From: Clostridia bacterium
Lineage (GTDB): Bacteria; Bacillota; Clostridia; UBA1212; DUPL01
Length of the DNA: 64,000 nt
Assembly (NCBI GenBank): GCA_050951325.1
Contig: JBMNIW010000008.1
Coordinates: forward strand, 192,001 to 256,000
Reading direction: 5' to 3'
Positions 28,610-39,095 of the stretch are shown here, piece after piece. Under the pieces are notes generated by a model, which worked only from the letters and a program-made list of their open reading frames with translations, did no database searches and was not told where the DNA came from. The translations under genes were made by a program, and so were the position numbers. Position 1 is the first letter of the stretch; each line of letters starts with the position of its first letter.

Positions 28610-31600
28610 CTATGAACGAATAAACCCAAGTATAACCGGATCCTTTATCTTCTTGTCTTCTGCCAACATTACTATCTTTGTAAGCACCTCAGCAGTTTTG
28701 AGATCATCATCGGCAAAAGGAAGAAATACTCTTCCTCTGTGAGAGGAATGCACTGGAAGAATAGGCATCATTCCCTTTGCCTGCATATGAGCAACACCAC
28801 TTCCCAGGTGAACAGTATATTCGCCAAACTCTCCTTTGATTAGCGCATGGGATTTATTTATTGTAACATTGTCAATCTTGAGAAGTGGAAGCAGCACGTT
28901 GATAAGGGCAGTGCGCATTTCAATAGTGGACAGACTTGCTTCCGGGTCCACACTTCCGTAATGGGCAGCACTGACAAGCAAATCAATATCCCTCATGGCT
29001 TCTGAGAAAAGTACAGGCGGTACTTCCGTGATATTCATAACGTTCCAATTGTCAGTATTGAAAAACTCTACTGAATGTATGGTCGGCACCTCAATATCCA
29101 TAGGCGAAAACCAACCAGACTCAAAGTTCAGTGAAACCATAATATGCTCTTTGAAGTATACTTTGAACAAACCTTCGCTGGTATTCCAAAGGCGCTCTTC
29201 TGCTAGTCTTGCAGCCTTTTGAGGCTGAAGCTGATGTCCTGCATATCGCCTGGATATGGTTTTTTCCTTAAGCTCATCCACATTCGGGCAATAATACTCA
29301 CGAAACACCTGCTTGAAAGGCTGCTTTATTCTCTCAGTATAAAAATGCTTCTGCCAGTCATGCCATGTTTTTGACGTCATTAAATCATAAGGATGGGCAA
29401 TGTATATGTTTTCATCAACCTGAGTCATGCTGCCGTTAAAGTCAACCAAGAAACCATCTGCGAAGAACCCCACAAAGCCACTGCTCACAAAGAGAAGCTT
29501 TTTTGTTGAAGGACCAAGGACAGGATTCCTTGCAAGCAATTCAAGCTCTCTTTTTGTAAACGCATCCCTGTGCACCATGGCTCTTTCCAATGTCTTCCTA
29601 GCCCTTTTTTGCTGCTCTTTCAAAGACTTGACAACCTCCAGCCCTTCCGCTACAACCGGATGGTTTTTGTATGCAGCAGGCACTGACTTTAATACCTTGT
29701 CATCCTTTGTACACTTCATTGAGGCAATGCCTTCTTCATCAAACTCAATTGTTAATATTAGCTCATCCACTTTAACAGACTCAAACCAATGCCTTACACT
29801 ATCGAGTTTCAAGGATTCCATCTGCCAGACAAACCTGTTTGTATCCTCATAACCACCAATGCGAGCTAGATTCTGGATGGCAATATCATAAGCTTGAGCC
29901 TCGCTTTGCCTTCGCATTGCACCAAACTGCCTGCTTTCCTTTCTGAAATTCTCCACAAACATATATCTTTCCAGCAGTTCTTCCTGACTTTCATACGGCA
30001 TCAGTGTATAACCAAGCAGGTAATCCTTGTTCCTTGATTCTGCTACCTTTTCAAACACTTCACTTTTATCAAGCTTTCCTCTCACACTATCCGCAAACGG
30101 CTGGGAACGCTTGTGCAGGTTCCCTCCTGCAATATATTTGGCAGCCTTGTACAACAGGGCAAAGTTTTTCTCTCCCACTTCGCTTAGAGCTTCCCTAAAC
30201 CACCTGGAATCAAAAGCTCCAGCCTTGAAATCCATAGGGGAAATCGAGGAATAGCGGGCCACCAGGGCATTCTTCTCTTCAGTAAAGTATTCATTCAAGT
30301 GGGCATGAAACCACACTCCTGCTTTCTGAAGACCCGGCACCATCAAATATTCCTCCACAATACCAAGCCACTGCGGCGCATACATCGCAGCATCAACAAT
30401 CTTTTGCACTCCAAGTTTCTTAAACTCCTTTATTTGCCCAAGCGTATGGGCATTTTCGCCTTCCTTTGGATAAAGATTCTTGAGTAAAAAACTTAACGTC
30501 TGGCCTTTTGTGCTGTTTCCCCCTGCAAAGTTGTAGCCCCTTACATAATTTCGTTCATTCATCGCACACACAATTTTCGCAAAATTGTAACTGCCATAAC
30601 AGCGATTTATTTTTCCCGCCAATGGAGACAATCTGGAAGGTGCTTCACCACGGTTAATTTCCGTCTCAATTACTTTGTCGATTATCCTATTTACAATCTC
30701 CATGAATTCCTTGTTGTTTTTACGAAAAGATTCGTTTCTTTTCAATGTGGCATTATCCATAAGCTGTTCAAAACCAGGAAGAGTCATAAAGTAGCATACA
30801 TCATTCTCATTAATGATTCCCTCTTTGTACGCCCTGGCAAGGACTTTCAAACCAATGTAGGCACTTGTTTTAAAATTCATCGCTTTTGTATATCCATAAG
30901 CCAGGTGGAAATAATCTTTAAACTCCTCCGATGACATATCCATCATGTATATGCAATTCATCCAATATACAACTGGATTTTTATGACCAATGCAGAAATG
31001 CAGATTGTCATCCTTTTCGTATACCTGCCTCATTGCATCACTCATGTTCGGCAGTTCTTTTTCTAAAAATCTGTGAGAATAGTTGTTGTAAAGATCAAGT
31101 GCAACATCGAAATAAAAGGTGTATTTGTCAGTTACCTCTTCCAGTGCTGCATTAAGATAAGTCTTTACATAGTCGCAGTACGGTATCCTGTGTATATTCT
31201 TATTGTATGACAAGTTAAAAAGCTTCATTGTTTCAAGGCTCAGGGCTCGGTGGTCAACCAGACTGAAATAGAATACGGCTTGAATAAGCTCCTGCCTGGT
31301 AAACAATTTGCTTATTTCTTCCCTGAACTCAGCACCATATGGATAATCGTCAAGATTGTATTTTCGGGGATACTTATTCTTAAGCACCCTTACACTTCTC
31401 TCGCTACCGTAGACAATCTCCTCATTTTCGCTGTAATATACCTCATTTACATGCCTTTTAACGACTTCAGTTAATTTATGTACCTTTTTCTCAAGTTCCA
31501 TCAGGTCAGGTAATGCATCTTTGAATTTGTATGATGGTTTCTTTTTGGGCACAGCAAGTTTGGTTAGCTTGCCATAATCAACCAAACCATATACATCCTC

Positions 31601-33365
31601 ATCGCTTTCTGCGACAACCTCCTCCATGCTGACAATTTCTTTGGCCTTGCTTAATACCTTTTCAAATCTGGAATCAGACTGCATGTCCATAACCATCTGC
31701 CTGGCTGCCAGTTTGCAGTTTGCGTCTTGAGAATTGTGCAATCTTCTCACAGACTCCAGACAGTCCTCGGGACTTTGTTCAAGCAGCAATACCATGATGT
31801 TTTTTCGTAAAGACTCCGTCTTATGACGAAGCATGGATTCAAGCTCCATATATTCTTCCTCGGAAAGCTTCATTTCTTTCAACTTTGATGCCGCAATAAT
31901 TCTCACAAACTTACTCTTGTCGCATGCAGCATTTAGTATTGTCTGCCTGTGTTTTTTTGTCGTCATGTTATTGGAAAGATTCTCAACAAATACAATCCTT
32001 GTATCAACAGGTATTCTTTCATAATAGTCACACAGGGTATCAAACATGCTATCTTTAAGCCCGGCACCAGCTGACTTTGCCAGATCAACAAGGCCATTGT
32101 ACATGAATTCCTGGGAGTACTTTCTGGTAAGTTCCTGCATGCCGGGATAAGAGACTGTTTTTGTCTTTATTGGTGTTTCGTTTATCATTTTCAATAGCTT
32201 TTCAAACATCAATTCATGACCGTATTTAAGTTTCGCTACCAAAGAATCTGCCATATATGCCAGTACATCAGGAGTCCGTTCATCATTGTATTTGATAAAA
32301 TACTCAAGTTGTGCCTGAGGATCGGCGGTCTGGGACAAAAGGTACCAACCTGCAATGCGTTTTGCCGGATCATTATTACCCAGGAAATCATCCAGGACCT
32401 TGTACACATCCTGCAGCTCATAAAAACCAATGCACATAAGTGCAATATGGTTTTCGACAGGATTTGGGCTGGCAAGATATTTTTTTTCGTGCCTGTTTGC
32501 AACACAGTCATATATAACTTCCAAATAGTATCTTGCTGCTTTGGACTTTTCGGTGATACGGGCAAACCGGTCCATACATCAAACGCCCTGACAACCGATG
32601 AAAACCTCTCCATTTTGTTGTCCAGTATGACTTTGAGAAGATAAATAAAGTTGTCGGCATCACCCTCGTCAATCAATTCCAAATTGACTGCCTGAGACCT
32701 TCCTGAAGTTGTGCAGAAAGCAAAAGCTTTTCAAGGATCTCATGTGCCCATCCGGACTTTGACATTGCAAGCGCTTTTAGAACTGTATAGTTCAAGCTTC
32801 CTGTGTTTTCATATACTATATGCTCAATCATCTTCATTACGTTATTGTTTCCTTTATCTATTTCATGAGCCATAGTGTAGGAGATGGCTTTTCTGCCGTT
32901 ATATGTAAAATATGTGTTTTCACTTTTATTAGGATCTTTCAAATACTCTTCAAGATTAAAATTCAGAACTGACAGGTATGCAAAACCTGATAGAAAAGAT
33001 ATCATTCTGCGATAATGCAGACCGATACTATGCTTTGTTCTGAAAGGACGCCTCTCAAAACCTGACTGGTAGCCAAAATCAAACGTTCTCTTCCAAATGT
33101 CGCGAATCATTGAAGCCTTGTTTTCAAACAAAAGCTCCAGTATTGCAAAACCTTCACCGTCAAATAGACCATACAAACTTTCATGTTTTTCTCCTATCAA
33201 ATCGAAAACCTTATCTTCAGTCCATGTTTCATGATTGTAGTGATAATACATTTGATAGAGTATGGCATTATGAAGCTGTGAGTAATAATCGTTGGATTTG
33301 GGGAGTCTCCTTTCTTTTTCCTTGTAGAACTGAGCTTCTTTTTCACGATACGATGTTAAAAACAT
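28610..33365 (-). CDS. Very large DUF4132-domain protein (two frameshifts, near 32681 and 32540)
   Basis: LLSAQLQEGLRQSI joins ELIDEG if one T is added; RFSSVVRAFDVWTG joins KAARYYLE if one A is added. C-terminal IAHPYDL, QPFKQVFREYY, SRRYAGHQ, PPVLFSEAMRDIDL and YTVHLGSG. Confidence 0.8.
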
Positions 33366-33374
33366 AAACCCTCC

Positions 33375-33806
33375 TTAGAAAACATACGAAAAGCAACTTC
33401 CTGCAAGCATGACAAAACGGACGAGTATCAAATTGTCCCCGTCCTTAACGTTTATCGCCTCGTTAATATCAACAACTTCCTCATTGTTTAAAAACACTCT
33501 GAAAAGACCATCCTCAAAAGCAAGAAGCATGGTTTCAATCGCTTTTTCCCGTGAGACGACTCCTTCGCCATACCTTCTGCCAAAACCAACCTTGCCGCTC
33601 TCCTGTCCGTCACTTAGCTCCTCTTCTGTAAGAGCTGCAACAATATCAGCGTCAATGCTTTTGCTTATGTAGGCATCGTGCAATTGACAGGCTAAATCAC
33701 ACAAAAGATCCTTCATTGTTCTGTTATTGTCAGATACAATAATTTCCTTGCCTGTTATATAGCTCCTTTTTCTGCTTGTAGATTTGACCGTTACATGTAT
33801 TCTCAA
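33375..33806 (-). CDS. Conserved hypothetical partner of the DUF4132 protein
   Basis: GKVGFG, AFEDGLFRVFLN and LVRFVMLAG motifs; 9 nt upstream of the DUF4132 gene. Confidence 0.75.
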   Translation of the reverse strand: MRIHVTVKSTSRKRSYITGKEIIVSDNNRTMKDLLCDLACQLHDAYISKSIDADIVAALTEEELSDGQESGKVGFGRRYGEGVVSREKAIETMLLAFEDGLFRVFLNNEEVVDINEAINVKDGDNLILVRFVMLAGSCFSYVF

Positions 33807-33905
33807 GCAACCATTTTCCTTTCCTTAATTTCACTTAACATCTTTCATATATTTTATACCCACCCTGGATTTTTGTAAACACGAAACATTTAAATTAAAA
33901 ATCAA

Positions 33906-33933
33906 TTGACAATTAGGACATTTTTAGTATAAT
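33906..33933 (+). promoter_or_regulatory. sigmaA promoter
   Basis: TTGACA-N16-TATAAT. Confidence 0.75.
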
Positions 33934-33962
33934 GAGAACAAACAAGAAGAGGTGAGTGGTCT

Positions 33963-35783
33963 ATGTTTAGGAAAAAATTACTAATTCTTTTATCATTTTT
34001 ATGTCTAAGCATGATAGTAGTACTTACGGCATGCACAGGTGGTTCAAACGAAGACGAGAAAACCCCTGAACCTACGGAAGATCCCCGTATTTTCAGGGAT
34101 GAATTGCCTAGAGTTGAACCAAGAGAAGACCAGCATATAACATTCAAGACTATCGATGATGGTTTTGACGTTTTCGCTCCTCTAGCTGGATACTGGGGAT
34201 ATCGCTATGGTCCCAGTATATTGTTCTACCCAGATGGAACAATGGACGCATGGTTTGCAACCCCTGGTACCAGTGGAGAATGGGACTGGTTTACATACAA
34301 ACACTCCGACGATCGCGGAGCTACATGGTCCAATGAAATTGTTGTTCTACAACCAACACCGGATTCAATGGATCACTATTCAGTATGTGACCCTGGTCTA
34401 ATCTATTTTGACGGATGGTATTACCTTGGTTATACATCAACAATAGTCAGCACCAACGGCGGTATAAACAACAACATTTTTGTTGCCCGTTCAAAGAACC
34501 CTGACGGACCATATGAAAAGTGGAACGGTTCAGGATGGGGCGGAGACCCAGCTCCAATAATTTACTTTGACGAAGCAGATTCAGCCTGGGGTGCTGGAGA
34601 AATCAGCTTTGTTGAATTGGACGGCACACTGTACTGCTACTATACATGGAGATGTCCGGATGGAGACTTTACAAAGGTATCCATTGCCGATTCAACCAGC
34701 GAGAACTGGCCTGAAACCTTGGAATACAAGGGTATAGCATACAAATACGGCCCTGGACAGGACTCCTGCGATGTATTCTACGTTGAAGATATAGGCAAGT
34801 TTATTGCTCTTTCAACCATCCACAGATTTACAACAGATAGTGGAATAGCCATAATGGAATCCAATGACGGTATCAACTTTACACATATCGATACCATCAG
34901 AACCGGAATATCAAAGTTCTGCCACAACATGGGTGTTTCAAAGAGACCAAACGGCCATGTACAGCTTAAAGACGAACTGATTATTGGCTATGCATACTCC
35001 GACGGCGGCCAGGAAAACTGGGGTAAATGGGCTACACGTTTCCAGAAGATTAAACTGGAAGTTTATGATGGCGAAGCAAAGCAAACTGATAGGGATGGCA
35101 AAAACGTTCTTCGTGGAGACTACTTCTGGGAAGAGCTGCCAAAAGAAGAACTGTGGCCAATAGCTATCGGAACACTTCCACAAAAGATTGAAGTTCATCT
35201 CAAAGATGGAACTTACAAAGTACCAGCAAAATGGTATGACACATACCTTAGAAGCCATGATATAACTGATGAAGACAAGGTTAAATTTACCGATTATGAC
35301 AAGGAAATAATCGATTTTGACGGCTTGACAATGAAGATGAAGAAGGTCGGAAAGACTAACGTTACAATGCATTACGAAGGACGTCAAATCACCTTCAAAG
35401 TCTATGTTCGACCCGATGATTTCCAAATCGGAATGGAGAATCCTGAAATTGTATCCTTCACACCAGTAGAGGAACACATTACCGTCTACAAGAAGGATTA
35501 CGGTGTAAGACACAAAAAACAGATTCGTGGCTTTGTTGTATTTGAAGACGAGACTTGGGGCGAGGCGTATAACGACTCAACAAAAGCTCATCCAGATTAC
35601 CCACCAAAGGTGCCCAGAGAGAAATATGAGATGAAGTTTGAGGTTGCCGATACCAACATCATCACAGTCAACAACAGAGGTATCATTACCGCCAAGAATG
35701 TAGGTACTACAACCGTCAAGGTTACAATAACAGGTGGCCTAAGCTTCACAGTCACCGTAACGGTGGAAGAGGAACTGCCATAA
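33963..35783 (+). CDS. Lipoprotein: beta-propeller glycoside hydrolase-like domain plus Big_2 Ig-like domains
   Basis: Lipobox LTAC; YGPSIL, SVCDPGLI, WYYLGYT and IFVARS; C-terminal ITVNNRGIITAKNVGTTTVKVT. Confidence 0.75.
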   Translation: MFRKKLLILLSFLCLSMIVVLTACTGGSNEDEKTPEPTEDPRIFRDELPRVEPREDQHITFKTIDDGFDVFAPLAGYWGYRYGPSILFYPDGTMDAWFATPGTSGEWDWFTYKHSDDRGATWSNEIVVLQPTPDSMDHYSVCDPGLIYFDGWYYLGYTSTIVSTNGGINNNIFVARSKNPDGPYEKWNGSGWGGDPAPIIYFDEADSAWGAGEISFVELDGTLYCYYTWRCPDGDFTKVSIADSTSENWPETLEYKGIAYKYGPGQDSCDVFYVEDIGKFIALSTIHRFTTDSGIAIMESNDGINFTHIDTIRTGISKFCHNMGVSKRPNGHVQLKDELIIGYAYSDGGQENWGKWATRFQKIKLEVYDGEAKQTDRDGKNVLRGDYFWEELPKEELWPIAIGTLPQKIEVHLKDGTYKVPAKWYDTYLRSHDITDEDKVKFTDYDKEIIDFDGLTMKMKKVGKTNVTMHYEGRQITFKVYVRPDDFQIGMENPEIVSFTPVEEHITVYKKDYGVRHKKQIRGFVVFEDETWGEAYNDSTKAHPDYPPKVPREKYEMKFEVADTNIITVNNRGIITAKNVGTTTVKVTITGGLSFTVTVTVEEELP

Positions 35784-35797
35784 ATCATGCAAATATC

Positions 35798-35830
35798 AAA
35801 AGCTCCGTAAATTTCTTACGGAGCTTTTTT
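35798..35830. terminator. Bidirectional intrinsic terminator
   Basis: AAAAGCTCCGTAA-ATTTC-TTACGGAGCTTTTTT between convergent genes. Confidence 0.9.
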
Positions 35831-35839
35831 GATGCCTTT

Positions 35840-37018
35840 CTACTTTCCCTTGCAATTATTCTGTTGCTTCTTTCTGGCTTTTTCCAGTTTCTCTTGTGCT
35901 TTCTTTAATTCCTCTAGATATTTTTTCATAGCCTTTTCTCTTTTTTCTTCAGCCCGTTTTAAGGCTTCCTCATATTTCTCCTGAGCTTTTTTCTGTTTTT
36001 CTTCGCATTTCTTATCGTCATCTTCCCTCTTACCTTCCAGGTCCTTCTTATGTTCCTCAATCAGCTCTTTGATTTCTTCAAGCTGCTTGTCAATCTCGCC
36101 CTTCTTGGAATCTGCCAGTTCTTTAAGTTCGTCAATAGCTTTCTTTGCCTCTTTTTTTATAGCCTCCGCCTGCTTTTTAAGTTCTTCCAGCATACGAAGC
36201 GTATCTTCCTTTTCCTCTTCTGTCATGTCCATCAGACTTGCCAATATCTCAGTGATCTGTGTTCGAATCTCATTCACCTTTTCAACAGCTTCCCTGTTTA
36301 CTTCACCTATCTGCTCCTTGATATCGCAAAGCTCTTCCTTGGTATTTTCTCTCAATTCCTCAAGATCAGATCTTTTATCGTCAGGGCATGTTTCCTCTAT
36401 CCTCTCCAGGATTTCCTCGTCTATGTTCACTTCTTCATTCTCGGCAATCAGTTCCTTTATCCTGCAAATGATATCAGCCACTTTCGCGTCCTTGTACTCC
36501 TCTACAGTTGCACTTGGTTCAAGAACCTGAAGTGTCTTTATGAGCTTCAGTTTTCCTGGTGTAACACCCAGTTCATTTGCCTCTTGTCTTAACGATGGAC
36601 CACATGCGTTCTTATATACGGCAATTCTAGTGTTCATCTTCTTCTCAGCATACTCTACCGCTTCACCGCATATACGCTGCAGTCTTTCTGCCTTTTTTTG
36701 ATTTTTTGATTCAGCAGTTATTGCAACGACTGAAGAACCATCTTCTGCAATATACTCCTTATCAGCCGCAACTTTTAGCAAAGTTGCAACAGCATCTGAT
36801 ACATCAAGATTGACAACCTTTGCATCTCCGAGCAGTTTCTTCCCATCCTTGTTCACCGCTCTTGCACTTACAACCTTGTTAAAAGCATTGACGCCCAGCT
36901 CAACGCTTGGATTGATATCAATACTTATGTAGTCAATAGGTTTGCTGTAAACCATATAACTGCCAATACCAAATACGAAGAGCAGTATAATTGCACAACC
37001 AAATATTATCTTTTTCAT
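35840..37018 (-). CDS. RsgI-like extracytoplasmic domain protein with long charged coiled coil, lacking the cytoplasmic RsgI_N domain
   Basis: YISIDINPSVELGVNAFNKVVSARAVNKDG ... ANELGVTPGKLKLI motifs; N-terminal TM at about residues 4-24; E/K-rich tail. Confidence 0.8.
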   Translation of the reverse strand: MKKIIFGCAIILLFVFGIGSYMVYSKPIDYISIDINPSVELGVNAFNKVVSARAVNKDGKKLLGDAKVVNLDVSDAVATLLKVAADKEYIAEDGSSVVAITAESKNQKKAERLQRICGEAVEYAEKKMNTRIAVYKNACGPSLRQEANELGVTPGKLKLIKTLQVLEPSATVEEYKDAKVADIICRIKELIAENEEVNIDEEILERIEETCPDDKRSDLEELRENTKEELCDIKEQIGEVNREAVEKVNEIRTQITEILASLMDMTEEEKEDTLRMLEELKKQAEAIKKEAKKAIDELKELADSKKGEIDKQLEEIKELIEEHKKDLEGKREDDDKKCEEKQKKAQEKYEEALKRAEEKREKAMKKYLEELKKAQEKLEKARKKQQNNCKGK

Positions 37019-37055
37019 TCTTTCACCCCTATGTTTTTTGTTTTCAGTAAATACT

Positions 37056-37084
37056 TTCGTAACAAACTTCTAACATTTCAGGGT
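37056..37084 (-). promoter_or_regulatory. Putative SigI-type promoter
   Basis: ACCCTGAAA-N16-CGAA upstream of the RsgI-like gene; SigI promoters carry CCC..AAA at -35 and CGAA at -10. Confidence 0.5.
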
Positions 37085-37089
37085 AAAGC

Positions 37090-37131
37090 AAAAAAGAAAC
37101 AGAGCGCAGAATTGCATTCTGTTTCTTTTTT
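37090..37131 (-). terminator. Intrinsic terminator after the SGNH gene
   Basis: AAAAAAGAAACAGAGCGCA-GAAT-TGCATTCTGTTTCTTTTTT. Confidence 0.8.
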
Positions 37132-37199
37132 CGTATTTGGCTTGACTTCCTGAGTTAAAAGATTCTTGCTCCAGTCTAAGTAAAATGTACAACAAAAAG

Positions 37200-37991
37200 C
37201 TATTTACTAAAGCTATAAGGGGTGCCTATGAAAGGAACCTCATAGAAGCCTTCCGGATTGTTGCGGATAATGTAGTCAATGTAGGAAGCAACCATTCTGG
37301 AAACAAGCAGATAACCAGCAGGATTAAGATGGCCTCCCAAATAGAAATTACGCCTGAATTCAGCATCTATCACAGGACCGTATTGAGCAAAATCAATCAC
37401 ATAGGTGTTATCAAAACGCTCTGCAATGTCATGAAGAAGTTGTGCATGCGCCTGAACAATTTTGTTGTGCTCTTCACTGTCCTCTCGTATCATTGTTACA
37501 AGAAAGAAACGAGCCTTGGGCTGCAGAGCCTGCATTCTTTGAATTATTTGCGCATACCATCCGGCAAAAGTTTCTTCATTGTTTTTTGTGTAGTCTTCAT
37601 AGTTGATATCTTCTATGGAACCTACAGGCATCTTAAGCCCTATAAGATCATTAATGCCTAGAGCAATAATATAGCATTGGCAGAGCTTGTCCGTATCCCA
37701 GAAATTGTTTGCATCTGCAAAGGTTTTGCAGTACTCAATGGCAGTCATGCCACCACGAGAGAAATTAAGAACCTTTGCACCAACAAGGCGTCCCAAATAC
37801 TGTCCCCATGAGTATTCGAACATATCGTGATATTCCTTGTTGCTATTATCATCAATTGATTCAAATTCTCCAGAAGACATGCTGTCTCCAATACAACAAA
37901 TGGTACGGAAAATACCTGTAAAACCTCCATCCGCAGGCATTCTTTCAAGTGGTTTTTCGTCACTACTTGCATAGTAATCTTTGATATTCAT
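37200..37991 (-). CDS. SGNH/GDSL hydrolase (possible carbohydrate esterase)
   Basis: CIGDSMS, NFSRGG, IALGIND and GGHLNPAGY blocks. Confidence 0.85.
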   Translation of the reverse strand: MNIKDYYASSDEKPLERMPADGGFTGIFRTICCIGDSMSSGEFESIDDNSNKEYHDMFEYSWGQYLGRLVGAKVLNFSRGGMTAIEYCKTFADANNFWDTDKLCQCYIIALGINDLIGLKMPVGSIEDINYEDYTKNNEETFAGWYAQIIQRMQALQPKARFFLVTMIREDSEEHNKIVQAHAQLLHDIAERFDNTYVIDFAQYGPVIDAEFRRNFYLGGHLNPAGYLLVSRMVASYIDYIIRNNPEGFYEVPFIGTPYSFSK

Positions 37992-38047
37992 TTTGCTAAT
38001 TCCATCCTTTCAAAGCAATCTGATACGCTCAGATTCTACTACTTCAA

Positions 38048-38806
38048 TTATTGTCCGTCAACTCTATTCGCAAGTTGTTTTGTGAATCTGCATTTTGGGT
38101 AATTGCCACACCCCAAAAACTTACCGTGTTTTCCCTGTTTAACTGACAGAAATCCTGTGTTGCACCTAGGACACTTGTCACCCGCAGAAGCATATTTAAT
38201 GAGTGTTTTCTTGTAGTTTACATTTTCTATATGCTCCTTGGAAGAGATTGAAAATTGCTCATTCCCATGCTGCAACAAAGCCAGAATCTCCATCATCTCC
38301 TGAATACTCATAACTTTGCTTTTGAACTTTCGTATCACTGACTTAACCTGGTTGAAATACACAACATTTTGTCTAGTCTTTACTTTCAATCTGCAATCCT
38401 TTGAGAAAGCAATTATCGGGATTATGGGGATATTAGGATAATTTGAAAGTCTTGATTCAATGGCTTTTACATGAGCATAATTCTGGTGAATGGGATTCAT
38501 AAATTTGTACTTGTTTTTGTAAAGAGTCTGGGTCCATTCCCTGGACTGGTCATTCCCATAAATCCAACCTTTATAGTTCTTGGTTTCAATAACAAATATC
38601 CCATATGGAGATACCACTATATGGTCTATTTGCGTTGTTCCAGTTTCCGTTGGTAGAATAACATTATTGACAACCTGATATTCTTCCGGCAAGAGGAGTT
38701 TCAACCGCAAGTTTACAGATGTTTCTCCCAGCCAACCTCTAACATGGGGCCTGATTAATTCAGCGATAGAATCAATTAAAGATTTACGTTTCCTTGTACG
38801 AGACAT
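38048..38806 (-). CDS. NERD nuclease-related domain protein with topoisomerase C4 zinc ribbon
   Basis: TTQIDHIVVSPYGIFVIETKNYKGWIYG, NPIHQN and CPRC...GKFLGCGNYPKCRFT. Confidence 0.92.
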   Translation of the reverse strand: MSRTRKRKSLIDSIAELIRPHVRGWLGETSVNLRLKLLLPEEYQVVNNVILPTETGTTQIDHIVVSPYGIFVIETKNYKGWIYGNDQSREWTQTLYKNKYKFMNPIHQNYAHVKAIESRLSNYPNIPIIPIIAFSKDCRLKVKTRQNVVYFNQVKSVIRKFKSKVMSIQEMMEILALLQHGNEQFSISSKEHIENVNYKKTLIKYASAGDKCPRCNTGFLSVKQGKHGKFLGCGNYPKCRFTKQLANRVDGQ

Positions 38807-39095
38807 TATTAAAAACTCCTTTCATGGCATTATCCTTCTGTGGGATACTTGCTCCTCTACCATCACCACAATGTTGTCAATGTGACATCCAGACAATGCT
38901 GCAAAACAATATAGTAATATATAGATTAGGTTTAATTGCAAATTTCACTCTCTTATACGTTCAATTTAAAGCATGACTATATTCTATTACCTTTTTATCT
39001 TTACATGCTTACTCTTGTCAAGTTTGTTAACTTGTCAAAGTTTTTCATCTCTCTTTAAATATTTGCCATTTCTTTTATCTTGCGCATTACCTTTA

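Noticed and set aside
32540-32682. Programmed frameshifting or phase variation in the DUF4132 gene and other split genes
   Set aside because: The runs are only 2-6 nt, there is no slippery heptamer with a stimulatory structure, and the pattern recurs in unrelated genes.
35860-36400. Long antisense ORFs (36050-36592, 36069-36530) and low-complexity sequence
   Set aside because: Shadows of the E/K-rich coiled coil on the opposite strand. The same applies to most short overlapping ORFs in the track.
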